From Candidatus Marinacidobacterales bacterium (GTDB lineage Bacteria > Acidobacteriota > Vicinamibacteria > Marinacidobacterales > DATDRI01): DNA of 64,000 nt. Below the pieces are notes generated by a model. The model did not search any database, was not told the origin of the DNA, and worked only from the letters and a program-made list of their open reading frames with translations. Within the stretch, counting starts at the first letter, position 1. Every line of letters starts with the position of its first letter. A program made the translations under genes and the position numbers. Below are positions 20,331 to 29,860 of this stretch, piece after piece. Location of the stretch: contig OZ245365.1 in the NCBI GenBank assembly GCA_965226495.1, positions 2,720,001 through 2,784,000 of the forward strand, given 5' to 3'.

Positions 20331-21131
20331 TTGAGTCTCTACGCCGCCATCTTGCTGGGGCTGATTCAGGGACTCACGGAGTTCCTCCCCATTTCCAGCT
20401 CGGGCCATCTTGCGGTCGCCCAGCATTTCCTCCCCGGATTCAGCCAACCAGGGCTACTTTTTGATATTGTGTTGCATCTGGGAACATTGCTCGCGGTACT
20501 CATTTACTTCCGGCGGGAGGTGGTTCTGCTCGTACGGTCTCTCGCGCCGGGGGAAGGCGGCACCGTATGGCGCCGCCTGTGGGTCATGCTGATCGTGGGA
20601 ACGATACCCGCCGTCATCGGGGGCCTCCTCTTGGGCGGCCTGGTGGAGCGAAGTTTCGAGCAGCTTTGGGTGGTGGGCCTCGGCCTCATCATCACCGGAA
20701 CGCTCGTGCTCGGCTCCCGGGCGTTCGCGCGCGAGGGGCGGGACCTCGCCGAACTCGACGTCCGGGACGCGCTGACGGTTGGTCTTCTCCAGAGTGCGGC
20801 TTTGGTGCCTGGGATCTCTCGCTCCGGTTCAACGATCGTCGGAGGATTGATGCGCGGTCTCTCGCATGACGCGGCGGCGCGGTTTTCTTTTCTTCTTGCC
20901 ATACCGGCGATCCTCGGGGCCACCGCTTACAACCTCCCCAGAGTCAGTTTTCTCGAATCGGGCGCGGTGGCCGGCTATGTCGCCGGTTTTGCCACTGCCT
21001 TTGTGGTCGGTTACTTTTGCATCGGTGTCGTCTTTCGGCTTTTAGCCATCAGGCGTTTCTATCTCCTGGGCTACTACTGCTTGACGGCAGGAGGGGCGGT
21101 CCTTGTCTACGTCACGTTCACTTTATCGTAA
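20331..21131 (+). CDS. uppP: Undecaprenyl-diphosphate phosphatase
   Basis: QGLTEFLPISSSGHL, PGISRSGST, FSFLLAIPA. Confidence 0.97.
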   Translation: MSLYAAILLGLIQGLTEFLPISSSGHLAVAQHFLPGFSQPGLLFDIVLHLGTLLAVLIYFRREVVLLVRSLAPGEGGTVWRRLWVMLIVGTIPAVIGGLLLGGLVERSFEQLWVVGLGLIITGTLVLGSRAFAREGRDLAELDVRDALTVGLLQSAALVPGISRSGSTIVGGLMRGLSHDAAARFSFLLAIPAILGATAYNLPRVSFLESGAVAGYVAGFATAFVVGYFCIGVVFRLLAIRRFYLLGYYCLTAGGAVLVYVTFTLS

Positions 21132-23355
21132 AGCAGCCGAAGTAGAGCGTTCTGTGCACCGCGAACGTCTTTCGGAAGTCATCGGGGTTTGTCTGCTCGC
21201 CCTTTCGTTGATGGTGGGAGTCAGCCTCATGTCGTACTCCCCCGGAGATCCATCCTGGTACTTCAAGGAAACTTCCCGGCTTACGACCGAGAACCTGATC
21301 GGGCCGGCAGGCGCGTTCCTCTCGGAGGCGCTCTTTCAACTGCTGGGACTCGCTGCCTATAGCGTCGTGGTCCTCCTCGCGGTGGCGGGGTGGAACAGAT
21401 TCTGGTGCCACAAGACAGACGCCGGTTGGTCGAAGAACTTCGGGCTCGTGAGCACAGTGCTGAGCCTCGCCGGTCTTCTCGCCCTCTCGCTCCAAGAAGT
21501 GCCTCTCAAGGGCGTCCTCCTTCCGGCAGGGGGTGCGATCGGACATCTCCTCGCGGCATATCTCTCGTATGCGCTCGGCGAAGGCGGCGCGTTCATTCTA
21601 CTCGTCACGACACTCTTCGCCGCAATCATGGTGGCCACTCGTTGGTCACTCAGTCAGGGCGTGAAGCGCATCTCCGCATGGCAGCGTGCCAAGGCGGCGG
21701 ACTTGATCACCGCGTTTGCCCATTTCCGTGAGCGCAAACGGAAGGAAACACTTCGGAATCAGGTCGTCAAGAAACACGCGCGCCGCGCGCTCGATGCGGC
21801 GAAGGGCAAGCCTAAGCCCAAAGACGACGCCGTCGCTCGTGTCGAACAAGCCAAAGCCAAGAACAAACAAGAGATGCTGCCCTTCACGCCCAAGAAGGGT
21901 CGTTGGAACATGCCTCCGTATTCGATCCTCGAGGCGCGCCCGGAAGAAACAAAGCTCGATGACAAAGAGCTCATGGAACGGGCCAAATTACTCCAAGAGC
22001 GTTGTCGGGAGTTCTCGGTCGACGGACAAGTACTCCAGATACATCCGGGCCCGGTCGTCACGACGTTCGAGTTCAAACCGGACGCAGGGATCAAGTACAA
22101 CAAGATCACCGCCCTTGCGGATGATCTCTGCCTCGCGCTGCAGGCCGAATCGGTCCGCATCGATCGCATCTCTGGAAAATCCACGGTCGGAATAGAAATC
22201 CCCAACCCCAATCGAGAGGTCATCGGTCTGCGAGAGCTCCTAGAGTCGGAGGTCTTTCAGGCGAGCGCCTCACGCCTCACTGTTGCGCTGGGTAAGGGAA
22301 TCGATGGTGCCTCCAACGTCAGCGATCTCACGCGTATGCCACATCTACTCATCGCCGGCGCAACCGGCAGTGGCAAGTCGGTGCTCCTGAACGCCTTGAT
22401 CTGCTCCATCCTCTACAAGTCGAGCCCGGACGAAGTGAAGTTGATCTTGATCGATCCGAAACGGCTCGAGCTGGGCTCGTACCAGGATATCCCCCACTTA
22501 CTGACTCCCGTGGTCACCGATCCCAAGCAAGCGAGCGAGGTCCTCAAGTGGGCCGTCTTCGAGATGGAGAATCGGATCAAGATGCTCGCCTCGGAAGGGG
22601 TGCGAAACATCGACCAATACAACAACATCCTGAAGGGAGCCATCGAAGCCGGAGAGACCAAGGAAGACCAGGACGGTGACCCGCTTCGTCCGCTGCCCTA
22701 CATCATGTTGATCATCGACGAGCTGGCCGACCTTATGATGGTCTCCTCTTCGGACGTCGAAGACTCCATCACCCGTCTCGCCCAGATGGCGCGGGCGGTC
22801 GGTATCCACTTGGTATTGGCCACGCAGCGTCCTTCGGTAGACGTGATTACCGGGATCATTAAGGCCAACTTCCCGTCTCGAATCGCCTTCCGGATGCCTT
22901 CACGAGTCGACTCCCGGACCATCCTCGATGCCAATGGCGCCGAGCAGCTTCTCGGAAAAGGCGACATGCTCTTCTTGCCCCCCGGCTCGGCACGCCTTAG
23001 TCGCTTGCACGGGGCGTATGTATCCGAGGCCGAGGTCGGGCGACTCGTCTCCTTCTGGAGAAAAGCAGGCAAGCCCGAGTACAATCTCACCATATTGCAG
23101 GAGCAGGAAAGAGCCGCACTGGGTGACAGCCAGAGAGACGAGCTCTTCGATCAAGCGGCGAGGCTGGTCTTGGAGTCCGGCGTCGCCTCTGTCTCCCACC
23201 TACAACGGAGACTTCGACTGGGGTATAGCCGGGCAGCCCGAATCGTCGATATGCTCGAAGCGGATGGGATCGTGGGCCCGCCCGAAGGGTCGAAAGCGCG
23301 GGAGATACTAGTTCCCAAGGATTACTTCGATGAGGTGGATCAACAACTCCGCTAG
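21103..23355 (+). CDS. ftsK: DNA translocase FtsK
   Basis: 4TM N-domain, PHLLIAGATGSGKS, IIDELADLMM, ATQRPSVDVITG, gamma domain. Confidence 0.97.
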   Translation: MSTSRSLYRKAAEVERSVHRERLSEVIGVCLLALSLMVGVSLMSYSPGDPSWYFKETSRLTTENLIGPAGAFLSEALFQLLGLAAYSVVVLLAVAGWNRFWCHKTDAGWSKNFGLVSTVLSLAGLLALSLQEVPLKGVLLPAGGAIGHLLAAYLSYALGEGGAFILLVTTLFAAIMVATRWSLSQGVKRISAWQRAKAADLITAFAHFRERKRKETLRNQVVKKHARRALDAAKGKPKPKDDAVARVEQAKAKNKQEMLPFTPKKGRWNMPPYSILEARPEETKLDDKELMERAKLLQERCREFSVDGQVLQIHPGPVVTTFEFKPDAGIKYNKITALADDLCLALQAESVRIDRISGKSTVGIEIPNPNREVIGLRELLESEVFQASASRLTVALGKGIDGASNVSDLTRMPHLLIAGATGSGKSVLLNALICSILYKSSPDEVKLILIDPKRLELGSYQDIPHLLTPVVTDPKQASEVLKWAVFEMENRIKMLASEGVRNIDQYNNILKGAIEAGETKEDQDGDPLRPLPYIMLIIDELADLMMVSSSDVEDSITRLAQMARAVGIHLVLATQRPSVDVITGIIKANFPSRIAFRMPSRVDSRTILDANGAEQLLGKGDMLFLPPGSARLSRLHGAYVSEAEVGRLVSFWRKAGKPEYNLTILQEQERAALGDSQRDELFDQAARLVLESGVASVSHLQRRLRLGYSRAARIVDMLEADGIVGPPEGSKAREILVPKDYFDEVDQQLR

Positions 23356-25165
23356 CCCGACGCTGGTCGTCGCGGTTTTCGTGATGGTGCTGTCTGCTGT
23401 TGGTGCTTCGCCAGCAACGATCGCTGCCGAGAAGACCGCCCAGGCCCTCTACGACGAAGCTGTCGCGGCAGAAAAGAAGCTCGCCTCTTCCAAGGACTTG
23501 CAAGCGAAAAAGGATGTCTGGCTCAGGGTCGCGCGGCGGTACCAGCAAGTCGTACTGAGCCATCCACGGAGCGGCTATTGTGATGATGCCCTCTACCGCG
23601 AAGGCGAGCTCTACCGAAAAGCCGGCAGTCGCTTTCGCGATCGAGATGCGACCCGCCGGGCCTTGGACGCCTACCTTCTTTTGGTAAACGGCTACCCGCG
23701 GAGCAAATGGTGCCCCGCGGCCCGATTAGCTCGCGCCGACATCTATCTCAATCAGCTCTCGAACGAGAAGGTGGCCCGCAAAGAAATCGGGGAGGTTCTC
23801 GATGAGTGGCCCAAGAGCAACGAGGCCGCGGAAGCCAGGCGGACCCTGGCCAAGCTCGACAAAAAAAATGAGCCTCCCACCAAACCTGCGTCCGGCTCGG
23901 GCCGGGTCGAGGTTCGGAACATCCGGCAATGGTCTGGAAAGGAATACACGCGGATCGTCATCGATACTTCCGACGAAGTGAAGTTCAAGCGCGCGCGCCT
24001 GACGAATCCCGATCGTATCTACTTCGACCTCTTGAATACGCGCTTGTCGGAGAGCCTTGCTTCGGAGACGTTCCCTGTGGGGGGAGACGGCTTCCTCCAA
24101 CGGATTCGTGTGGGACAGAACAAGCCAGACGTGGTTCGCGTGGTCTTGGACTTCGAAAGCATCAGCCGCTACAACGCCTTCTCTCTGCCGGACCCGCATC
24201 GTCTGGTGGTCGATATCTTGGGGATGAAGCCCGAGAAAGTTACGCGCACCCCAACCGTGGCTTCCAAGCCGCCGGCTGCCCCTACGACCTCAACCGGTCC
24301 CAAAGCCACCGAAGCAAGCGGACCTTCCACCGGACCTCCACCGGTGGCACCAGTGACCGCCGATGCCACGCCGCCGGCCAACACGACTCTGCCGCTACCG
24401 CCCGAACCGACCTCCGAAGGTCGCTTTCCCCTATCTAGACAGTTGGGACTCCAGGCGCGGCGGGTGATCATCGATCCGGGGCACGGCGGCCACGATCCGG
24501 GCGCGATGAAGAACGGCCTGCGCGAAAAAGAGCTCGTGCTAGACATCTCGCGGCGAGTCGCCAAGTTCTTGGAAGCGGACGGAAGCTACGAAGTGATCCT
24601 GACCCGTAACACCGACGTCTACGTTCCTCTCGAGGAACGTACTGCGATCGCCAACTCCCGTGGGGCTGACCTCTTCATCTCCATTCATGCGAATTCCAGC
24701 CGGAACAAGCGAGCTCGAGGCCTAGAAACCTATTATCTAAACCTCGCTACCTCCCCCGAGGCCGAAGAAACCGCGGCGCGCGAGAACGCCATCAGCACCC
24801 GACGCATGGCGGAGCTCCAGGAGCTCTTGAGCCAGATCATGAACAACAGCAAGATCGCCGAGTCGCGAGAGTTCGCGAACGCCGTTCAGGATTCGATGGT
24901 GGACGCGGTGGTGACGAACCGCAATTACGGGACGCGTGATTTAGGGGTCAAGACCGCGCCGTTTTACGTCTTGCTCGGCGCCAACATGCCTAGCGTATTG
25001 GTAGAAGTTTCCTTCGTTTCTAACCCGGATGACGCCAAGCTCCTCTCATCGGGTGACTTTCGTCACCAAATCGCCGAGTCGATCGTGAGGGGAATCCAGG
25101 GCTACACGACGTCGCTGAAAGGCGTGGCTCATGTTTCCGCGAGCCCGCCAGCGGGCAGAAAATAG
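23330..25165 (+). CDS. N-acetylmuramoyl-L-alanine amidase (TPR-like / AMIN / Amidase_3)
   Basis: IIDPGHGGHDPGA, EKELVL, FISIHAN, MPSVLVEVSF; AMIN-like YTRIVID, NPDRIYFD. Confidence 0.93.
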   Translation: MRWINNSASPTLVVAVFVMVLSAVGASPATIAAEKTAQALYDEAVAAEKKLASSKDLQAKKDVWLRVARRYQQVVLSHPRSGYCDDALYREGELYRKAGSRFRDRDATRRALDAYLLLVNGYPRSKWCPAARLARADIYLNQLSNEKVARKEIGEVLDEWPKSNEAAEARRTLAKLDKKNEPPTKPASGSGRVEVRNIRQWSGKEYTRIVIDTSDEVKFKRARLTNPDRIYFDLLNTRLSESLASETFPVGGDGFLQRIRVGQNKPDVVRVVLDFESISRYNAFSLPDPHRLVVDILGMKPEKVTRTPTVASKPPAAPTTSTGPKATEASGPSTGPPPVAPVTADATPPANTTLPLPPEPTSEGRFPLSRQLGLQARRVIIDPGHGGHDPGAMKNGLREKELVLDISRRVAKFLEADGSYEVILTRNTDVYVPLEERTAIANSRGADLFISIHANSSRNKRARGLETYYLNLATSPEAEETAARENAISTRRMAELQELLSQIMNNSKIAESREFANAVQDSMVDAVVTNRNYGTRDLGVKTAPFYVLLGANMPSVLVEVSFVSNPDDAKLLSSGDFRHQIAESIVRGIQGYTTSLKGVAHVSASPPAGRK

Positions 25166-25170
25166 TTGAA

Positions 25171-25192
25171 CGTGTGGGGCCCCACGCCCCAA
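25171..25192. repeat. GGGGCCCC-core palindromic repeat, inverted copy
   Basis: cgtgtggggccccacgcccc; related copies at 25550, 47524 and 47646. Confidence 0.55.
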
Positions 25193-25438
25193 TCAGCTCA
25201 TCAACTTCAAAGAAATATACGGCACGAAATTGAGCACGAGGATTGCGATCTTGTATTGTGCCAAGTATTGAAAGTATGCGCGTGATAGATCCGCGTCGCT
25301 TAACTCAAACATTTTCCCATGAATTTTTGACATTCCGCCACGCATGAAAGCTAGCATAATCGATGCAACCATCAGCATTCCAAAATTGATGGCAATGCAC
25401 CATCCCAAGAATGTAGTGAGTGTTTCTATTGAGTTCAT
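25193..25438 (-). CDS. Small membrane protein, DUF6868-like, AT-rich
   Basis: FLGWCIAINFG...IHGKMF...YLAQYKIAILVLNFVPYISL; composition clearly more AT-rich than flanks. Confidence 0.75.
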   Translation of the reverse strand: MNSIETLTTFLGWCIAINFGMLMVASIMLAFMRGGMSKIHGKMFELSDADLSRAYFQYLAQYKIAILVLNFVPYISLKLMS

Positions 25439-25549
25439 TCTATGACTCCTCCCGGTTCATTATATTGCTATCCCCCTTCCCGCCGGCCGGAGAGCCCGCC
25501 GGCCGGGAGGAATTGGCGCACGCCAAGGGAACCCGGCCGTGGTTTCCCA

Positions 25550-25582
25550 GCGCGTGGGGGTGGGGCCCCGCGCGCACTAAAT
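25550..25582. repeat. GGGGCCCC-core palindromic repeat
   Basis: gcgcgtgggggtggggccccgcgcgcactaaat; 22 nt identical to the copy at 47525. Confidence 0.7.
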
Positions 25583-25614
25583 TTGACGCATCTCGGCCCG
25601 AGCGTTAGCATGAC

Positions 25615-25920
25615 TTGATGACGTCCCACCTCCTTAGTCTTGCCGTCTGGCTTCAACAGAAACAAGGCGGCGTCACCTTCATCGACTTGAAGGACCCGGA
25701 CCCCGGGCCGAGCTTGGCCTGGGTCATACTGACCACGTTCACTGCGATCGGCGTGGCGCTTCTCGTGGCAATCGCATTCGGGGCCGGATTCGGCCTCTTG
25801 CGCATCTGGGCTCAAAAGCGATTTCCCAACAATCGACTGAACGGCATCGCGGTCGAGCAGCTAACGTTCCTCCACCTCGGTCAGGACGAGCCGGAAGAAA
25901 ACGGTTCTGCTTCTCAGTAG
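25615..25920 (+). CDS. Small hypothetical membrane protein
   Basis: 101 aa with one long hydrophobic segment followed by RIWAQKRFP. Confidence 0.55.
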   Translation: MMTSHLLSLAVWLQQKQGGVTFIDLKDPDPGPSLAWVILTTFTAIGVALLVAIAFGAGFGLLRIWAQKRFPNNRLNGIAVEQLTFLHLGQDEPEENGSASQ

Positions 25921-26027
25921 CCCTCACCCCGTCCCTCTCCCAGAGGGAGAGGGAGTAACGGAAGAAGAGACGATCGTTACCCTCACCCCGGCCCTCTCCC
26001 AGAGGGAGAGGGAGTAACGGAAGAAGA
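25921..26027. repeat. Two tandem REP-like palindromic units (CCCTCACCCC..CCCTCTCCC-AGA-GGGAGAGGG), 59-bp period
   Basis: Copies start at 25921 and 25980, between convergent genes. Confidence 0.85.
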
Positions 26028-26035
26028 AACTATCT

Positions 26036-26638
26036 TTAGGCTTGCGAGATGGAAACACGAGCGCGGAGCTCGCGAATCCCGGGGCCGAGGGAGGTGCTCA
26101 ACGTAGCTCCGTGTTCCACTCCAGCCGGGATCGAAAAACTGACTCGACGGTACCGCTTTACTTCACCGGTTCCGTCGCACTCCCAGCACCAAACCATGAA
26201 GCCCTGTCCAGTCCCCTCGCAGGCGTCGCAGTTTTCCCCAACCCGGACTTCGAAGCTGAGCGTCCCGCCTTGCCGCGCCTCCTCGGGAGACAGAACAATC
26301 TCCGCTGCAGAGTCGACGGCGCGGTTCCGACTTCCCCACCGCGGGCGCTTCGGTGTCGAGAGAGGCTCGAACCACGGCTCCGCAACCGAACCCGCCCCGC
26401 CCCCGTAGCTGGCCGGGATCTCAACTCCGAACGTGAGATCGTAGGCTCTCCTCCTATCGGGACTGGCCAACGTCTCGTAGGCTTCTTGAATATCGCGAAA
26501 CTGCGCGGCGTCATCGGACCCTTCGACGTCCGGGTGGAATTGTCGAGCGAGACGGCGGTAGGCGCTTTTGATTTCCTCCAGAGAGGCGGCGGCGGTCACG
26601 CCCAGAATGAAGTAGTAGTTCTTGGGTTTGCTCATCAA
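26036..26638 (-). CDS. J-domain protein with a partial DnaJ zinc finger
   Basis: NYYFILGV, FHPD, CDACEGTG and CWECDGTG. Confidence 0.9.
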   Translation of the reverse strand: MMSKPKNYYFILGVTAAASLEEIKSAYRRLARQFHPDVEGSDDAAQFRDIQEAYETLASPDRRRAYDLTFGVEIPASYGGGAGSVAEPWFEPLSTPKRPRWGSRNRAVDSAAEIVLSPEEARQGGTLSFEVRVGENCDACEGTGQGFMVWCWECDGTGEVKRYRRVSFSIPAGVEHGATLSTSLGPGIRELRARVSISQA

Positions 26639-28764
26639 GACTCTACGCCGGCTCGAACGAGATGGTATCCCGCGACTCTGTTTCGGCCCGTCTCCTTGGC
26701 GAAGTACAGAGCCCTATCGGCGTTCTCGACCAGACTCTCCGCAGTGTCCGCATCCTCGGGCAGCAAGGCCCAGCCGACGCTCGCCGTGACGCGATGCGAA
26801 CCGCCCCCGGGATGAATCCTCGCCGAGCCAACCGCTTTCCAAATGCGCTGAGCGAACTCCTGCGCACCCTCGTAAGTTGCGTGGGAGAGCAACACCACGA
26901 ACTCCTCACCACCATAGCGTGCTAAAACGTCCCCCTTACGCAAGGTCCCGTGAAGCACGTCAGCGATCTTCTTCAGCACCGTGTCACCCAGGGCATGCCC
27001 AAACGTATCGTTCAGGTCTTTGAAGTGATCGATATCCAGAAGCAGCAACGCGATGCTGCTCGCACCGCGGTCGGCTCGCGACATCTCTCTCTCCAAAGCC
27101 TGCTGGAAGTAACGGCGGTTGAAGAGACCGGTCAAGGCATCGGTGACCGCCATTTGCTCCACTCGTCCGTAGACCCGCGCGTTCTCTAGCGCAATCGCGG
27201 CCTGGTTGCACAGAACACGCACCAGTCTCACTTCATTCGAGGAAAAAGCCCTTGCCTTGCGAGTGAGTAGGAGGACACCGGAAACACGATTCTTGGCGAG
27301 AAGTGGCATTCCTAGGAAACCCGATCCCAGATGCACGCGCTCGCCGGGGTACAACACCGGCATGCCGGTCCGAAGCTGAAAGCGAATCGTCTGGGGTTCT
27401 TCCTGAGCTCTCAAGATCCATCCCGCCCAGGTGCGTGCACCCAGAGGAAACTGCGACCCCCTAATTTTTTGCGGGTAACCCTCCGCGACCGGCACCGAGA
27501 ACGTATCTTCCCCTTCTTCGCACAGGCAGATCGCGCAGGTCTCGAAATCGGTCACCTCTCCACAGAAGCTGACGATCTCTTGGAGAGTTTGCTCCGCCCT
27601 AAGTCCCTGAGCGAGCGATGCACTCGCCTGGTAGAGACGACGGAACTCATTAGAGAGGATATCGAGCTCGGACAACTGCCGGGTCGACGAGAGCCATTGG
27701 CGCATGTGCTCGGCGAACTCGCGGGTGAGCTGTTGACGTGCTTCGTTGAAGTGGCCGGGCTCTTCGTGATCCAAGACGAGGATCCATTGCGGCCCGCCTT
27801 GGTCACGAAAGGGAATGGCGATCAAAGAGTGTAGTTCTGGCTGCCTCGCGGGGCCAGATTTGTGGGGATACCAGGGAAACGAAGGTAAAGGGCGCCTCTT
27901 TTCCGTCACTGAGAGCACTCGCTCGTCGCGAAGAACGTCGCTAAGGAGGCCTCCTACAAGAGAGACACGTTGTCCGGACTTCTCCGCGGACGGCCCCGAT
28001 GCCAGTCGAACAATGAACCCAGTGGTACCGGGATCGGCTCGCAAGAGAAACGCGCCATAGGACTCCGTGGTTTTTCGCACCAGCCCCAAGAGCGCACCCA
28101 ATCGACTATCGATGGCCCGGACATACTCCACCCGCCCGAGCCGCTTGCCTGCTTCCGAAAGAGGCGACGTGGTCTCCCCTTCCTCCTCTCGATCATCTCC
28201 CTCATCTCGCTCGAGCTCCTGCAGTCCTTGATTGAGCCGCATGAGTTCTTCTTCCACTTGCTGCGACCTTCGTTGTTTGGTCCACTCCAGAAAACCAATC
28301 CCGGCCGCGGCGACGGATGCCAAACCGAGTAGGCGAACCAAATCCGGAAGACCGGCCGCGGGATGAACCGCCCAGTTCGAAATCTCCAACGTGAAGATAA
28401 CCCCGACGAGGGCGGCGACGGTGCGCGGCAAGTAGGCAACCGCGGTGAAGCCGACCAGAATGAGGTAAAGCGCCTGCCACGGTGAGTTGAGACCACCGGT
28501 CAGCTGAACGACGAAATTCACACCGATCGCCAGGACCGCCAGGAGCGCGAGCTCGTTCCAGGCACCGGTTCGTTTGACGGCCAAACGAAGGGACGTGACC
28601 ACGAGACCCAAGAGGAGCAGCATCAAGAAGAAGACGCGCCACACTCCGCCGCCGATCCGTGGGTCGAGTAGTCTCCAAGTTAGACTCTGATCCGAGAACA
28701 GACTAGCCGACCCCAGCGCAAGGAGCGCTGCCACCATGGCTATGGTCAGTGTCGCTCGGCGCAC
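26635..28764 (-). CDS. Membrane-bound diguanylate cyclase with two GAF domains
   Basis: Multi-TM N-terminus, GAF-like regions, TDALTGLFNRR, DIDHFK, I-site RKGD, RYGGEEF. Confidence 0.93.
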   Translation of the reverse strand: MRRATLTIAMVAALLALGSASLFSDQSLTWRLLDPRIGGGVWRVFFLMLLLLGLVVTSLRLAVKRTGAWNELALLAVLAIGVNFVVQLTGGLNSPWQALYLILVGFTAVAYLPRTVAALVGVIFTLEISNWAVHPAAGLPDLVRLLGLASVAAAGIGFLEWTKQRRSQQVEEELMRLNQGLQELERDEGDDREEEGETTSPLSEAGKRLGRVEYVRAIDSRLGALLGLVRKTTESYGAFLLRADPGTTGFIVRLASGPSAEKSGQRVSLVGGLLSDVLRDERVLSVTEKRRPLPSFPWYPHKSGPARQPELHSLIAIPFRDQGGPQWILVLDHEEPGHFNEARQQLTREFAEHMRQWLSSTRQLSELDILSNEFRRLYQASASLAQGLRAEQTLQEIVSFCGEVTDFETCAICLCEEGEDTFSVPVAEGYPQKIRGSQFPLGARTWAGWILRAQEEPQTIRFQLRTGMPVLYPGERVHLGSGFLGMPLLAKNRVSGVLLLTRKARAFSSNEVRLVRVLCNQAAIALENARVYGRVEQMAVTDALTGLFNRRYFQQALEREMSRADRGASSIALLLLDIDHFKDLNDTFGHALGDTVLKKIADVLHGTLRKGDVLARYGGEEFVVLLSHATYEGAQEFAQRIWKAVGSARIHPGGGSHRVTASVGWALLPEDADTAESLVENADRALYFAKETGRNRVAGYHLVRAGVES

Positions 28765-28770
28765 GATCCC

Positions 28771-29589
28771 TCAGGACCTCCGCTCGCTATCTGAGGACGG
28801 CGCGGACAACGCCTCTAAACAAAAGGAGAGCGAGCTCGCCACAGAGCCAGCCAGTCGGTTCACGAGCGGTAGCGTCTCGAACACCATCGCTCGTTTCACC
28901 TCTTCGCGAACTACCTCCGCATCATCCAACCGGAGAAAAAACGGTGGGTAACGATCCGCGAATGCGAAGAAGCTCAAGAGAAGATGCCCGGTACGGAAGT
29001 TACCGTGCTCAAACGGCGAAATTTCCAACAACCGCGCGAAGGCGAGAGCGGCCTTTTCAGGAGGATGCATGCCGCGTCCGCTCTCGACACTGAGCCAGTC
29101 GCAAAGATTCGCGACCTTGTCTGAAATGAGTTCCGGTCGCGAAGGTGTGGTACCGGCGAACTGCACCGGAATCGGCTCGGTCCGGTAGGCCCCGTCGGAA
29201 CCAGGCGTGGAGAGACGATGGACCTCCCGGAGAAGACTGTCGGTTAGCCCGGGGCTCGACTCGGCCCCCTGCCGAATGGTGCTCAACGCCTCAAACTGCC
29301 CCCGAATGAGGTCGACGAGGTCTCTTTGTTCCACTTCCCCTTCGGCTCCCCCGGCCTGCACGGCCGCGACCGCGTGTCTGGCCACGGGTGCCCCGGTAAG
29401 GCGGAGCGTCTCGAAAACGCACTCACCAAGCAGTTTTTCGAGGCAGTCCGCGAATCTTCGTGGTTGGTCGCTCGCTCGCTGGAGCAGCGTGTCTCTCTGG
29501 CGTCCCAAGGCAAGCCCGTGGGTCTCACTCCGCTCCGGGTACAGCGGTAGGTTCTGCATGACGCCACGGGTCCGCTCGAATTCAGTCAC
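28771..29589 (-). CDS. Fic/Fido-fold protein with a degenerate catalytic motif
   Basis: LLREVHRL...GAYRT and ISPFEHGNFRTGHLL in place of HPFxDGNGRxxR. Confidence 0.7.
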   Translation of the reverse strand: MTEFERTRGVMQNLPLYPERSETHGLALGRQRDTLLQRASDQPRRFADCLEKLLGECVFETLRLTGAPVARHAVAAVQAGGAEGEVEQRDLVDLIRGQFEALSTIRQGAESSPGLTDSLLREVHRLSTPGSDGAYRTEPIPVQFAGTTPSRPELISDKVANLCDWLSVESGRGMHPPEKAALAFARLLEISPFEHGNFRTGHLLLSFFAFADRYPPFFLRLDDAEVVREEVKRAMVFETLPLVNRLAGSVASSLSFCLEALSAPSSDSERRS

Positions 29590-29718
29590 TGATGCCGATT
29601 GCTTTGTCCGTGATTGTACCTCACAGTCGGCGCGGAAACCACACGCAGCAGGCGAGATAGGGAGATGTCCGGGGCGAGAGCTCGTGTCTGGGGCCGCGTC
29701 TCGCGACGGGATGAGGAA

Positions 29719-29820
29719 GGTAACGATGGTCTCTTCGTCCGTTACTCCCTCTCCCTCTGGAGAGTTGGGCGTCAGAATAGGATCTGCTCAATATCAAAGT
29801 GGCCAGACGCCGGGTGAGGG
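29719..29820. repeat. Inverted copy of the 25921 REP-like unit carrying an internal insertion
   Basis: gtaacgatggtctcttcgtccgttactccctctccctctgg matches the reverse complement of about 25940-25980; ends ccgggtgaggg after about 40 extra nt. Confidence 0.75.
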
Positions 29821-29860
29821 TCGGCGGGCGCCTAAAGCGGAGGTCCTAACGCGCCCGAAG

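Noticed and set aside
25921-26027. CRISPR array
   Set aside because: Only two tandem units, the intervening sequence is not a unique spacer of typical length, and no cas genes are present; fits a REP-like palindrome.
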